Source: Macrostomum hystrix
Taxonomy: Eukaryota; Animalia; Platyhelminthes
DNA: 64,000 bases
Direction: 5' to 3'
Assembly: GCA_950097015.1 (NCBI GenBank)
Contig: CATNEN010000038.1
Coordinates: forward strand, 17,980,001-18,044,000
Under the pieces are notes generated by a model. It searched no databases, was not told where the DNA came from, and worked only from the letters and a program-made list of their open reading frames with translations. This document shows positions 63,608 to 64,000 of the stretch, in pieces; position 1 is the stretch's first letter, and every line of letters starts with the position of its first letter. Position numbers and translations under genes: made by a program.

Positions 63608-63800
63608 AGGCACAGTGAGAGTGTACACTGCCTGACAATGAGAAAGTCAGGGCAGATGTACACACCTGTGAGAGCGTATCCGTGTACGGTGTCCGTGTGC
63701 GTGTGTGCTCAGGAGCCAGCGAAATGGGCAGAATTGTCTCCTCTCTGGCTGCGGTTTTTGTGGCACTAAATAACTTGCCATTGCTATCAGCCCTTATGCG
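63608..63800 (+). mobile_element. SINE family A, 5'-truncated copy
   Basis: Matches the 3' half of the consensus (GTACACTGCCTGAC.ATGAGAAAGTCAGGGCAGATGTAC...). Confidence 0.8.
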
Positions 63801-64000
63801 ATTGTTTTTATATTAATTATATAAAGTTCCATTTCTGAGTGCAGTAGGGGTAATTAGATGTTATAGGTCTATAACAATATCCCACTGCTTGGCACCAAAG
63901 TTGTTACAGGCCTATTATCTAAAAATACATACTACAAACACAACATCTATAAAACATATTTACACTGTATCATTAAGGACAGGGCTGCCGACTAGATGCA

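Noticed and set aside
1-64000. Whole window as a functional immune supercluster (TIR + CBF-beta + Vav + lectins)
   Set aside because: The association is thematic only. Opsin and TMEM26 are interspersed and no shared regulatory signal is visible; synteny or co-expression data would be needed.

Overview
Eukaryotic (invertebrate animal) genomic DNA with GT-AG introns of about 65-100 bp, GC-rich exons and abundant minisatellites and SINEs. The overall style suggests a free-living flatworm such as Macrostomum, but that is an inference. The left 23.4 kb holds a minus-strand tandem array of three paralogous genes: two complete 15-exon models of about 1,480 aa and the 5' end of a third. They encode a long, highly divergent helical N-terminus followed by coiled coil - death domain - TIR - TIR - polybasic/CaaX tail. 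Between the two complete copies, a sharply bounded 2.0 kb signalling module (introns included) is almost nucleotide-identical, while the N-terminal exons are only remotely similar. This is a variable-sensor/constant-effector layout suggesting gene conversion in an innate-immune receptor family. The rest of the window holds a Helitron with a nested hAT-type MITE, an atypical opsin (K296 kept, canonical counterions and NPxxY lost), a 5-exon CBF-beta gene that no single ORF in the track captures, and TMEM26 with a 7.3 kb 43-bp satellite in intron 1. It also holds an intronless truncated Vav-like GEF, two intronless CTLD-PAN lectin paralogs, a frameshifted PAN-CTLD lectin, a solo LTR carrying heat-shock elements, and many SINE copies. 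All exon boundaries were read manually from splice consensus and codon phase.
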